Source: a virus
Lineage: Duplodnaviria > Caudoviricetes
Direction: 5' to 3' (one strand)
Length of the DNA stretch: 64,000 nucleotides
Virus record (IMG/VR): IMGVR_UViG_3300037067_011302
Location: 1 to 64,000 of that record
Shown: piece by piece, positions 1-8,329 of the stretch
How the letters are laid out: each line of letters begins with the position of its first letter
Numbering within the stretch: the first letter of the stretch is position 1
The notes under the pieces: model-generated
Seen by the model: only the letters and a program-made list of their open reading frames with translations
Told to the model about the DNA's origin: nothing
Database searches by the model: none
Made by a program: the position numbers and the translations under genes

Positions 1-779
1 ATCGTTGACGTCATCTTGTGGACTGCATCAAGCCTGATCCGCCTAATCCTCGCGTGAGCGCATGCTAACTTGATCCGTGCCTTCACTCGGTTCGAAGAAC
101 CTTTCTTCTTCCGACTGAAAGATTGGTTCAACGACTTAATCTTCTTTTCGTGTGTCCTGTAGCTCTTTGGGTTCTCAAACCTTGTTCCATCGGAACAGAC
201 GGCGAGCGTCTTGATTCCGAGATCCACACCGACTCGTGCTTGGCTTTCGCACTTGTGTGGATAGACGTAACTTTCATCTAACTCAATCCCGAATGAAGCG
301 TACCAGTTTCCGTCTGAACCCTTCGAAATCACTGCACTCTTGATCTTCCCAGGAAACCTCACTTCCTCAGCCATCCGAATTGTTGACTTTAGACGTGGGA
401 TCCTTAAGAACTTATCGATCACCTTTGAATTGTTCAACCCGACATAGAATGACTCCTTTGTGATACCTCTCTTCTTGAACTTTGGATACTTCGATGTCTT
501 GTTAAAGAATCTCTTGAATGCCTTTCCCAGGTTATGAATTGAAACCTGAGTGACCTGTGAAGACATTTCACTCGTCCAAGGAAATTCTTCTTTTTTGATC
601 CTGTTAAATTCCTTGTCAAGTGTGTATCCTGAGAGACCCTTGATACCCTGCTTGTAAAGTTCATTCCACTTGGCAAGTGCCCAATTCCAGGAAAATCGTG
701 CCATACCCACAGCTTGAGCGAAGTAGCTCAAAACTTGCTTGTTCGGATATAGCCTGATTTTGTGTGTCAGGTGGGGCAC
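1..779 (-). CDS. tnpB: TnpB-family RNA-guided endonuclease (IS200/IS605/IS607 type), 3' end outside window
   Basis: Not in the ORF track. Manual translation from GTG 779: HKIRLYPNKQ...GMARFSWNWAL...YPKFKKR...WYASF...RVGVDLGIKTLAVCSDG (RuvC-I Asp)...KKGSSNRVKARIKLA. No tnpA upstream. Confidence 0.92.
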   Translation of the reverse strand, partial: MPHLTHKIRLYPNKQVLSYFAQAVGMARFSWNWALAKWNELYKQGIKGLSGYTLDKEFNRIKKEEFPWTSEMSSQVTQVSIHNLGKAFKRFFNKTSKYPKFKKRGITKESFYVGLNNSKVIDKFLRIPRLKSTIRMAEEVRFPGKIKSAVISKGSDGNWYASFGIELDESYVYPHKCESQARVGVDLGIKTLAVCSDGTRFENPKSYRTHEKKIKSLNQSFSRKKKGSSNRVKARIKLACAHARIRRIRLDAVHKMTST

Positions 780-785
780 AATTAC

Positions 786-813
786 ATCCTACAACTCAAC
801 TATCGTTTGTTTA
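786..813 (-). promoter_or_regulatory. Putative early/middle promoter for tnpB (TAAAC-N17-TAGGAT)
   Basis: Same layout as the TGAAC-N17/18-TANNNT sites at 6513-6541, 13813-13840, 18152-18180, 21701-21728, 35461-35489 and 50239-50267(+). Confidence 0.5.
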
Positions 814-836
814 CTCAACGCATCATGAGGAACTCA

Positions 837-911
837 TCAATGTACTTCATCGCCTTGAACGAGCGCATATTCTCGTGCAAAGATCAGGTCACCAACACTC
901 ACACTGTTCAT
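837..911 (-). pseudogene. 24-aa truncated paralogue of the 4526-5484 family
   Basis: MNSVSVGDLIFAREYALVQGD aligns with TVNVGDLILARSRALICG and TVKVGDAIVVWSKALVCG, then stops just upstream of tnpB. Confidence 0.55.
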
Positions 912-983
912 TGTGATTTGTTCATGTAGTGCGCGGTTCGATAATATATTCCTGATATTCTACTCTTGTCATCTCACAACTTC

Positions 984-1853
984 CTATTCGATGTCATCTT
1001 CCGGTGTCAAGTCACGTGCCATGACCTCGCCGCGGTTCAGCGTCTTGACGAGTTCGTCTCCGTAGAGGCGCCTGACAGTTCCGTCGTCAAGAGTTAACTC
1101 CTTAAATCCACGAGATGTGCGCTCGTGTGCGATTATGAGCTCGATTGCCCTCTCGATCAATCGAAGCGTCTCTAGTCCCAACGCGTCATACTTGATGAAG
1201 TTACCGACTTTTTCGAGACTCTTGAAGTTCACGCCCTCGACCCACGGTGCCTGAGGTTCTCCTCTGTTCGTGATCAGCGGTATCTTGTTCGGTAGGTCGT
1301 CGCAGATCAGCACACCGCCGGCGTGGCGGCCCAGTGACTTGTTCTGCTTGAACAACACGTTCATCGACTCACCGACCTCCGGATGCTGATCAATGAACGC
1401 CTTGAACGACTTGGAGTGCTTCAGTGCATCGTCATACTTCAACACGAACAGGTTCTTGTCGTCGCCGTGCTTCGTGGTCGCCCGACGAACGTCCTGCTCG
1501 ACGGTCCTAGTTGCCACCTTGACCTCGTCGAATGGAATCCCATAGAACTTGCTCAAATCACTGAGCAAGCTCTTGACCTTGAAACAGTTCATGTTAGAGA
1601 TGGGAACGACGTTCCTGTAGCCGAAGTAGTCTCTCAGTTGATCGAGGACTTTATCTCGATCTGCGAGGTCTGAGTCAATGTCAGGCGCACCTGAATTGTG
1701 TGTTAAAATCCAATGACGATCGTCGTCTGACACCCAAAATGTGTGTTCTCCTTCGACTTCAATGTCTATGAGATCAAACTCTTCGTCAATGAATTCAATC
1801 GTTTCGATCTTTGCGATGCCTGATGATGAGATGCTTGGTTCCTGCATAATCAC
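984..1853 (-). CDS. dnaE: DNA polymerase III alpha, second piece: C-intein (1695-1853) plus palm region
   Basis: DIEVEGEHTF...LTHN/S intein C-terminus, then SGAPDIDSD, GRHAGGV and KYDALGL motifs. Ends before the finger/OB domains. Confidence 0.92.
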   Translation of the reverse strand: MIMQEPSISSSGIAKIETIEFIDEEFDLIDIEVEGEHTFWVSDDDRHWILTHNSGAPDIDSDLADRDKVLDQLRDYFGYRNVVPISNMNCFKVKSLLSDLSKFYGIPFDEVKVATRTVEQDVRRATTKHGDDKNLFVLKYDDALKHSKSFKAFIDQHPEVGESMNVLFKQNKSLGRHAGGVLICDDLPNKIPLITNRGEPQAPWVEGVNFKSLEKVGNFIKYDALGLETLRLIERAIELIIAHERTSRGFKELTLDDGTVRRLYGDELVKTLNRGEVMARDLTPEDDIE

Positions 1854-2754
1854 GATGTTCTAGATTGATGATTGTGTTGTACAAATTTCTTTGTCGAAGA
1901 TCATCATAAAAGTCATCCATGTATATGACATCAATATGATGACCCATTGTTGATGCAGCTTCTCTAGTTCGTGTATTTGAATTTAATAGTTGAGAAAAGC
2001 GTGATTCACCTTCTCGAACACCTTTCAATTCAACGTACGAATCGTTGTCACTAAACCAAAAATCAGGCGTATAACATCTTTCGATGCCGTCTATAATGAC
2101 GTGAAATGTCTTGAATTCATATTGAGGTATGACATTAGTGATCTGTAAACAATAACGATAATAGTCAGCCTCAAATGAGCTCTTGAAATAAGGACTGTTC
2201 AAAATATCAGAACGAAATCCTGATCGACCGTTCACGTGTGTTTCAATCATTCCTCGTGATTGTGCTTCATAAGTGCAAATTTTGCTACAAAATCGTGGCA
2301 CATGGCTCTTTCTTACAACGATCACTTTATTGCACACTTCACATACATGTTCACTTCTGTTAATTTTTGATTGACTTGAACATCGAGGTGAACAAAATTT
2401 TCGCTTATGATTCTTAGTCATAAAGTCAATTTTGCAGTACGCACACGTCAACGTTAACAACTTTTTTCTAGTTGTTAATTTCGCTGCGTGTTTGTATCTA
2501 CAAGTGTTTGAGCACAATTTACGAGAAGAATGACACTTGGGAACGTAGAATTCACGTCCACATTCCGAACAAATATTCTTTAATCTTGATGAAAGTGGAG
2601 CTTTTTTTGATGCTAATTTACATTCATCAGAGCAATATTCTTTACGTAATTTGCCTGAACCTTTATTGAGTTCATATTCAACATGAAACACATTACCACA
2701 TAGTTTACAATGTTTCTCAACAGTGATCATAGTGGTACGTATACAACACATCAT
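1795..2754 (-). CDS. Free-standing putative homing endonuclease (CxxC...CSxxC repeats plus PD-(D/E)xK)
   Basis: Four Zn-ribbon repeats, SSFEA...YTPDF...VELKG. AT-rich, overlaps both dnaE pieces. Confidence 0.8.
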   Translation of the reverse strand: MMCCIRTTMITVEKHCKLCGNVFHVEYELNKGSGKLRKEYCSDECKLASKKAPLSSRLKNICSECGREFYVPKCHSSRKLCSNTCRYKHAAKLTTRKKLLTLTCAYCKIDFMTKNHKRKFCSPRCSSQSKINRSEHVCEVCNKVIVVRKSHVPRFCSKICTYEAQSRGMIETHVNGRSGFRSDILNSPYFKSSFEADYYRYCLQITNVIPQYEFKTFHVIIDGIERCYTPDFWFSDNDSYVELKGVREGESRFSQLLNSNTRTREAASTMGHHIDVIYMDDFYDDLRQRNLYNTIINLEHRDYAGTKHLIIRHRKDRND

Positions 2755-4516
2755 CGACCGTCAAGTCAGACGCACGTTTTTTCATAGGCAGTCCGTCCGG
2801 ACCGACAACAAGCCATTCATGATTTGCCGAACACGTAAATGTTGAACCGTTGACTTTTATTCTGTATGCACCACGTCGTTTTGACGACACAACGTTGATG
2901 ACTTCACGTTTTGACCCATCACGTGCAATGACTCGATCACCTACTTTCACATCACGTAGTGCCGATGTCGTCAAATCTGACATCAAAACACGAGTCTCGG
3001 GCGACAAACACCTGTAGGTCGACAAAAAGCGAAAAAATTCAAGGTTCCACACGAGCGGGTCGAGTTCCGTGATCCCGAGGACGTAGTTCACCAACGATCC
3101 ACCTCCCGATCCTCGGCCACACCCAACGGTCGTCACTCTCCTCGCCAGGTCGATGATCTTCTTGTATGAGATGAAGTAGTCAGCGTTCTTCATCACCTTG
3201 ATCACGCCGAGCTCGACCTTCAGCCTGTCAACGTACTCCTGTTTCTTGTCGAATCCATGTTCAATCATTCCCTCCTTGCACAATCCGACCAGGTGATTGA
3301 ACGAATTCACGCCCTTTGGCACGAGCCTTTCAACTGCAAACTTCGGAGAGCGATCGGGTTCAATGTTTCCGATCACGTTGTGTGCAATGTCATACGTCCT
3401 CTCGACGGCCGCGCACACCTCCTCGTCATCATAGAACGAGGTTCCCTCCTTCGATCGCTCATACTCCTCCCAGATCTGTGCAGCGTTCTTTGGGTAGAGC
3501 TCACACTTGAGTTCGTCCCTCGACTTCGGCAGAGAATCCGGAGAGAACGTCTCGTAGTTCATGAAGCCGAGGCGCTTGTAGATCTCCCGATCTCGCCACA
3601 GTTCAGGACGATAGTAATGCGCATCACACGTGACCGTCAGCTGCTCCGTGATTCCTCTCCTTCTCACGAATTCAATGATCGAACGATTGACGAGGTTCTG
3701 TGCACCGAGCCGATTGAACTGCAACTCGAGGTAGAAGTCATTCCTGTCCTTCATGCAACCAGCGATCAGGTCGTAGCCGGCACCGACAGCATTCACGCAC
3801 CTGTCAAGCACCGCAGGATCGTCCAACATCGATTGGTCGAGCGCATCGAACTCAACGTCCTTGAACTCCTGGAAGACGTTGTACGCAAGGAGGCCTGACA
3901 CGCATGCTGATGACACGATCACCTCACCGGTCGAGGTCACGTCCCTCAACACTCGTGCATCAATCCTCGGAAAACGATAGAATCCATCAAGGTAGCCGCT
4001 GCTGACGGCCGAAAAGATCTTCAGGAGCCCTCCCTGCGTCTTCGGGAGCAGGACGAGGTGGTGGCGCCTGTTGACGGGATTGAATCGTTTGTTGGACTTC
4101 GATTCGCTCTCATTCTCAATCGTGAGAGCGTTCTTCATCTCAAGCTCTTCCTCGTCATCCTCTTCGTCGTCGGGCCTCTTCGCCTTCACCTTTGACTTCT
4201 TTTCAGCATTTGCTATCGCACGATCGGCGTCTGCAATCTCCTTGTCATGCTTCCACTTCTCGAGGTCAGGATGGAAGTACATCTCTACGCCTGGAATGTA
4301 GAGGAACGGCTTTTCGGGGTGCTTCTTGTTCCAGTCTTCAACCCACAGGACGGCATGTGGGTAGCTATTCATGTTGCCGTGCTCGGTGATCGCGTGAGCG
4401 TCGAGACCGTTCTCCATGCACCACGTGAAGTGCTCATCAGGGTACCCCAACCCATCGTAGGTCGAAAACATCGTGTGATTGTGAAGGCTGACGTATCGCG
4501 TTGGTTTTCTGCTCAT
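2717..4516 (-). CDS. dnaE: DNA polymerase III alpha, first piece: PHP domain plus N-intein (2717-3010)
   Basis: SLHNHT..S..DG, ITEHG, CDAHY, GRGSGGGSLV, RFL. Then CLSPETRV (block A) and TCSANHEW (block B), stop after ~97 intein residues. Confidence 0.93.
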   Translation of the reverse strand: MSRKPTRYVSLHNHTMFSTYDGLGYPDEHFTWCMENGLDAHAITEHGNMNSYPHAVLWVEDWNKKHPEKPFLYIPGVEMYFHPDLEKWKHDKEIADADRAIANAEKKSKVKAKRPDDEEDDEEELEMKNALTIENESESKSNKRFNPVNRRHHLVLLPKTQGGLLKIFSAVSSGYLDGFYRFPRIDARVLRDVTSTGEVIVSSACVSGLLAYNVFQEFKDVEFDALDQSMLDDPAVLDRCVNAVGAGYDLIAGCMKDRNDFYLELQFNRLGAQNLVNRSIIEFVRRRGITEQLTVTCDAHYYRPELWRDREIYKRLGFMNYETFSPDSLPKSRDELKCELYPKNAAQIWEEYERSKEGTSFYDDEEVCAAVERTYDIAHNVIGNIEPDRSPKFAVERLVPKGVNSFNHLVGLCKEGMIEHGFDKKQEYVDRLKVELGVIKVMKNADYFISYKKIIDLARRVTTVGCGRGSGGGSLVNYVLGITELDPLVWNLEFFRFLSTYRCLSPETRVLMSDLTTSALRDVKVGDRVIARDGSKREVINVVSSKRRGAYRIKVNGSTFTCSANHEWLVVGPDGLPMKKRASDLTVDDVLYTYHYDHC

Positions 4517-4525
4517 TTGAAATCC

Positions 4526-5002
4526 TCAGTGCGTCATCGCTGAACGAAGCGTCAGCGTAACTTCAAGATAGGCTTCGCCCTTTTGTTCGTCGCTGAACGG
4601 AACGTCTGTTGGCTTTGACCTGCACAACCTCCTAAAGAAATCGATGGTCACTTCTCTATCGTCGTATTTCGTCTTCGGCTCTTCAGGACGGCGCCAGTAT
4701 CCTTGTCTGCGTGCATACGGCAAATCACACTTCAAACGATCATTAAAGACTCTAGCGACTTGTCCATCTGGAAGCAACACGTGAAAGTGATTCATCTTCG
4801 GTTCGTCATCGTCGGTGATGATTGCAATCACGGTACACAATGTTTCATGATCACGAGGAGTATTGCGCCACGAAATGGCCGTCGATCGTCCCAACCACTT
4901 CCATCTGTGGTCTGAGTCGCCGTAAGAATCACTCGTGTCATCACCACACACGAGCGCCTTCGACCACACGACGATCGCGTCGCCTACCTTGACAGTGCAC
5001 AT
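4526..5002 (-). CDS. Hypothetical protein, paralogue of 5056-5484
   Basis: Shares VGD.I...ALxCG and NHFHVLLPDG..AR.F with its neighbour. Confidence 0.7.
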   Translation of the reverse strand: MCTVKVGDAIVVWSKALVCGDDTSDSYGDSDHRWKWLGRSTAISWRNTPRDHETLCTVIAIITDDDEPKMNHFHVLLPDGQVARVFNDRLKCDLPYARRQGYWRRPEEPKTKYDDREVTIDFFRRLCRSKPTDVPFSDEQKGEAYLEVTLTLRSAMTH

Positions 5003-5005
5003 CGT

Positions 5006-5028
5006 TCAGCCGATCGGAATGTTTGAAA
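5006..5028. repeat. 23-bp exact copy of the 3' end of the epimerase gene (5490-5512)
   Basis: tcagccgatcggaatgtttgaaa at both 5006 and 5490. Confidence 0.9.
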
Positions 5029-5055
5029 ACATAACGTAGCGTTCTGTAACTAGAA

Positions 5056-5484
5056 TCATCTTGAAACACCTGTCTGTTGCTTGTCTTTAATGAAGGAATC
5101 TGTGATGTACATCGGTCCAGAGCCAGCGTGGCGGCATTGCCAAGCGACCAATGAATCTTTTGGATCAGTAACACTCGATTTAAGCCAAAATCCGTCATTC
5201 ACATTGTCAAAAATTCTCGCAATTCGACCATCAGGTAGTAGCACGTGAAAGTGATTCAAGACACACATCTCACCAGGAAATTGCACAGAAACGATGATCA
5301 CACAAGGCGTTAGGTGTTCATCGTTTCTGTCTCTGTATGAAAAAGCCCACTCATTTCCTAACGAATTATAATCATTCTTCTTCCATTTTTTAGGTTCGTA
5401 TTCTGAACCACATATGAGAGCACGTGAACGAGCAAGGATCAAGTCACCGACGTTCACTGTTGGAGAGCTGGTGCAGTCGTTCAT
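5056..5484 (-). CDS. Hypothetical protein, paralogue of 4526-5002
   Basis: Probable start ATG 5484 (MNDCTSS); contains NHFHVLLPDGRIARIF. Confidence 0.7.
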   Translation of the reverse strand: MNDCTSSPTVNVGDLILARSRALICGSEYEPKKWKKNDYNSLGNEWAFSYRDRNDEHLTPCVIIVSVQFPGEMCVLNHFHVLLPDGRIARIFDNVNDGFWLKSSVTDPKDSLVAWQCRHAGSGPMYITDSFIKDKQQTGVSR

Positions 5485-5489
5485 TTGTA

Positions 5490-6494
5490 TCAGCCGATCG
5501 GAATGTTTGAAATCACTCCCTGTTTGTGCCAATACAACGCCAACTTCCTCAGTCCTTCGTTGAGCTGAACCTTCGGCTCCCACTTCAAGAACTTCTTGGC
5601 GATTGAAATGTCAGGACACCGTCGTGTGGGATCGTCGGAAGGAAGTCGTTGGTTCTGCACCACGAGCTCCACTCCGAACATCTTTGAGACTCTTTCTGCA
5701 AGTTCAAGCACCGTGAACTCGTTTGGATTGCCGAGGTTGATCGGCGAACCGTAGTTCGTCTCTGCCGACGCCACAGCGGTGATTCCGTCAATGAGGTCGT
5801 CGACGTAACAGAAGCTGCGCGTTTGACTGCCGTCGCCGTAGACCGTGATCGGAGCACTGTTCCCTGCCTGCTTGATGAAGTTGCTGATCACGCGACCATC
5901 ATCGGGATCAATGTGCGGTCCATACGTGTTGAAGATCCTCACCACGCGGACGTCAACGCCCATCTTGAGGTACGTGTGACACAGCGACTCTGCGCTCTTC
6001 TTTCCAACGTCATAGACGCTGCGTTCACCCCAGGGATTGACGTTCCCCCAGTATGACTCCGGTTGTGGCGACACGAGTGGGTCTCCGTAGACCTCTGACG
6101 TAGATGCATGAACGACGATTGCCTCGTGTGCACAAGCAATGTTCAACACGTTCATCGTGCCATCAAAACACGTCCTCATCGTCTCGAGCGGCAGTGCTTG
6201 ATACCTAGGAGGTGATGCGGGACAGGCAAAATTGTAGATGACGTCAATCTTGTCGGAAGCACCTGCAAGGAGCGGTAAGTCATGAATGCGTTCATACATC
6301 TTATTGTAATTGACGATGTCACATTCAATAAAATTGTACAATGACCTTCGTTGATTCAATTTCTTGACGTGTGGACTGTCTCGCCGCGACGAACAAAAGT
6401 TATCGATGCCGATGACCCGATCACCTGCCGTCAAGTGACGAAGCGCAATGTGACTGCCCAAAAATCCGGTGACTCCAGTGACAACGACGATCAT
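5490..6494 (-). CDS. UDP-glucuronate decarboxylase-like NAD-dependent epimerase/dehydratase
   Basis: TGVTGFLG, ACPASP, ASTSEVYG, YDVGK, RIFNTYGP, GDGSQTRSFCYV, DDPTRRCPDI. Confidence 0.92.
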   Translation of the reverse strand: MIVVVTGVTGFLGSHIALRHLTAGDRVIGIDNFCSSRRDSPHVKKLNQRRSLYNFIECDIVNYNKMYERIHDLPLLAGASDKIDVIYNFACPASPPRYQALPLETMRTCFDGTMNVLNIACAHEAIVVHASTSEVYGDPLVSPQPESYWGNVNPWGERSVYDVGKKSAESLCHTYLKMGVDVRVVRIFNTYGPHIDPDDGRVISNFIKQAGNSAPITVYGDGSQTRSFCYVDDLIDGITAVASAETNYGSPINLGNPNEFTVLELAERVSKMFGVELVVQNQRLPSDDPTRRCPDISIAKKFLKWEPKVQLNEGLRKLALYWHKQGVISNIPIG

Positions 6495-6560
6495 TATCTG
6501 ACTCCTTCATCAAACTTAACACACTTGATGATTCTCGTTCACACCCGCCTATTTTAGGAC

Positions 6561-6782
6561 ATGACTAAGGAAATGATGTTTGAAATTGTGTGCCGCACGT
6601 TGCTCGAACGCTTCGGTCAGAAGATTGGTGACCAACCTTCAACGGTCGGCGTCCCAGATGAACGTGGTGACATCAATGAGGACGATGAGATCGAAGAAGT
6701 CGCACCGCCTGGGCGTGAAAAGGTCAACCCATGGGCGGTGGCATGGGCCGCCGAAAAGAAGGGTCACAAGAGGAGCGATTGA
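6561..6782 (+). CDS. Small hypothetical protein (NPWAVAWA motif)
   Basis: Fills the gap exactly; preceded by a TATTTTAG late-promoter-like site. Confidence 0.6.
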   Translation: MTKEMMFEIVCRTLLERFGQKIGDQPSTVGVPDERGDINEDDEIEEVAPPGREKVNPWAVAWAAEKKGHKRSD

Positions 6783-7769
6783 TCACTTGTTCGCCGACAT
6801 TGCGTCGGCGACGTACTCGGCAACGTTTGCCGCCATTTCACGCCTCGAAATTCCCAACGCCTGTGACCACGTGGACCACTCAGGATGTTCGTGGAAAAAG
6901 TTCAATGCTATGTCGTACGCAAATGCTGAGACGTCCTCACCGGTGCTCATGACGTCAATTTCACTGCACTGATCGGCGAATGCAATGACTGCGTCCATGT
7001 ATTGCTTTTCATAGTCGACAGCGACGTCTTCGTCAAAATAGTCGTCGTTGTTCATGTCGCTGAATTTCTTTGCGCCGTGGGGAACGTGTTCAGGGTGCAA
7101 CTGCGACGATGATGCTAGCTTTCCCTTCTCGAGGACGACCTCACCCGAGTTGTCATCGACGTAGTCAGCGTCTGAAACATCGTCCGGACCCATGTTTGAA
7201 ATTGCGTCAACGAGTTCATCGCGCGTCATGTAGACGATCGACCCTAGATCATCGTCCTGTTTAAGACGAACGCCGCTCTTCGGTGGATCGAAGATCGCCT
7301 CTCTGATCAATTGCTTCAATTGCCGCAACGACAACTTTGCAACACTTTCACCAAACAGGTCACGTTTGATTGACTCAAACATCTCTGTCATTCCGCCCGG
7401 GCGTACCGTACGCTTTGTCCTCGCGCTCCAGAATGATTCATGACGTTCCAGGTCAAAAACGAATGACGTCAGGTCATCGATCGCCGCGACGACCTCTTGG
7501 ACAGCATTCCTCACGTCAGTCTCGTCGAGCTCGACCGGTTCCTCGGCGTTCGGATCAAATTCTGGACTACCGGCCGCGATTGAACACGCATTCGACAACC
7601 TGTCGACGAGCGCTTGATCGTCACAGTGTTCCCTGACGTCAGACAGGATCTCCTCGAGCTCTGCGTAGTCGCCGACTGAACCTTCAAACGAACACGCTCG
7701 AACGAGCATCGACGACAAAGTATCGGCGACGGATTCCTGCGTGACGACCTCACTGATCATTTTCTTCAT
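6783..7769 (-). CDS. Acidic hypothetical protein, possible virion internal protein
   Basis: 328 aa; internal KLSLRQLKQLIREAI leader-like motif. Confidence 0.65.
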   Translation of the reverse strand: MKKMISEVVTQESVADTLSSMLVRACSFEGSVGDYAELEEILSDVREHCDDQALVDRLSNACSIAAGSPEFDPNAEEPVELDETDVRNAVQEVVAAIDDLTSFVFDLERHESFWSARTKRTVRPGGMTEMFESIKRDLFGESVAKLSLRQLKQLIREAIFDPPKSGVRLKQDDDLGSIVYMTRDELVDAISNMGPDDVSDADYVDDNSGEVVLEKGKLASSSQLHPEHVPHGAKKFSDMNNDDYFDEDVAVDYEKQYMDAVIAFADQCSEIDVMSTGEDVSAFAYDIALNFFHEHPEWSTWSQALGISRREMAANVAEYVADAMSANK

Positions 7770-7776
7770 GTCTTCC

Positions 7777-8319
7777 TCACACCGTGCTGCAACGTTGCTT
7801 CAATAGGTAGATGGAATTCTCATGTGCATCCTGAATTCCCGCGAGCATGTTGTCCAATCCACGCGTGAGCAGTCCCTTGTCACGTAGTGCCGCGGTGACA
7901 AACTCAACGCACCTCGCGAATCCCTGTTCGGCAACGAGCGACCTACGTGCGAGGTCAGATTGAGTGGGAATCGTCATCGAGACGCCGTACGACTTCGACA
8001 GTTGAGCGACCTGTTCCGATTGCACCAACAGATTGACGTTCTCAGTGCATCCCAACCCAACTGCCTTCTCTGCAATGACATCAATGTCTGCCGAGGCGAC
8101 ACCGTAGAGCCTCTCAAAGAGCAGGTGATCACCGTAGAATGGATCGCCCTTCGCCTGCCAGTGGTGCGTCTGGTGTACACACGCCAAGAACCTTGCGTAG
8201 ACCAGCATGACGCTCAGTTCGCCGTACGGTACGTTTCCCCACATGGCGACCATGTTCTCAAGAGCGATTCCGTACCCGGGATCGGGTGCGATTGCGTAAA
8301 TTTCGATTGATTCTCTCAT
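7777..8319 (-). CDS. Dps/ferritin-like protein
   Basis: HHWQAKGDPFYGDHLLFERLY...IDVIAE, a Dps-type ferroxidase signature. Confidence 0.8.
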   Translation of the reverse strand: MRESIEIYAIAPDPGYGIALENMVAMWGNVPYGELSVMLVYARFLACVHQTHHWQAKGDPFYGDHLLFERLYGVASADIDVIAEKAVGLGCTENVNLLVQSEQVAQLSKSYGVSMTIPTQSDLARRSLVAEQGFARCVEFVTAALRDKGLLTRGLDNMLAGIQDAHENSIYLLKQRCSTV

Positions 8320-8329
8320 CTTCGTGCCC

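Noticed and set aside
434-676. 80-aa ORF from the track
   Set aside because: Alternative frame inside tnpB.
1795-2754. Group I introns around the endonucleases in dnaE and dnaB
   Set aside because: The endonuclease ORFs overlap both flanking ORFs, leaving no room for a ribozyme core, and the flanks carry intein halves.
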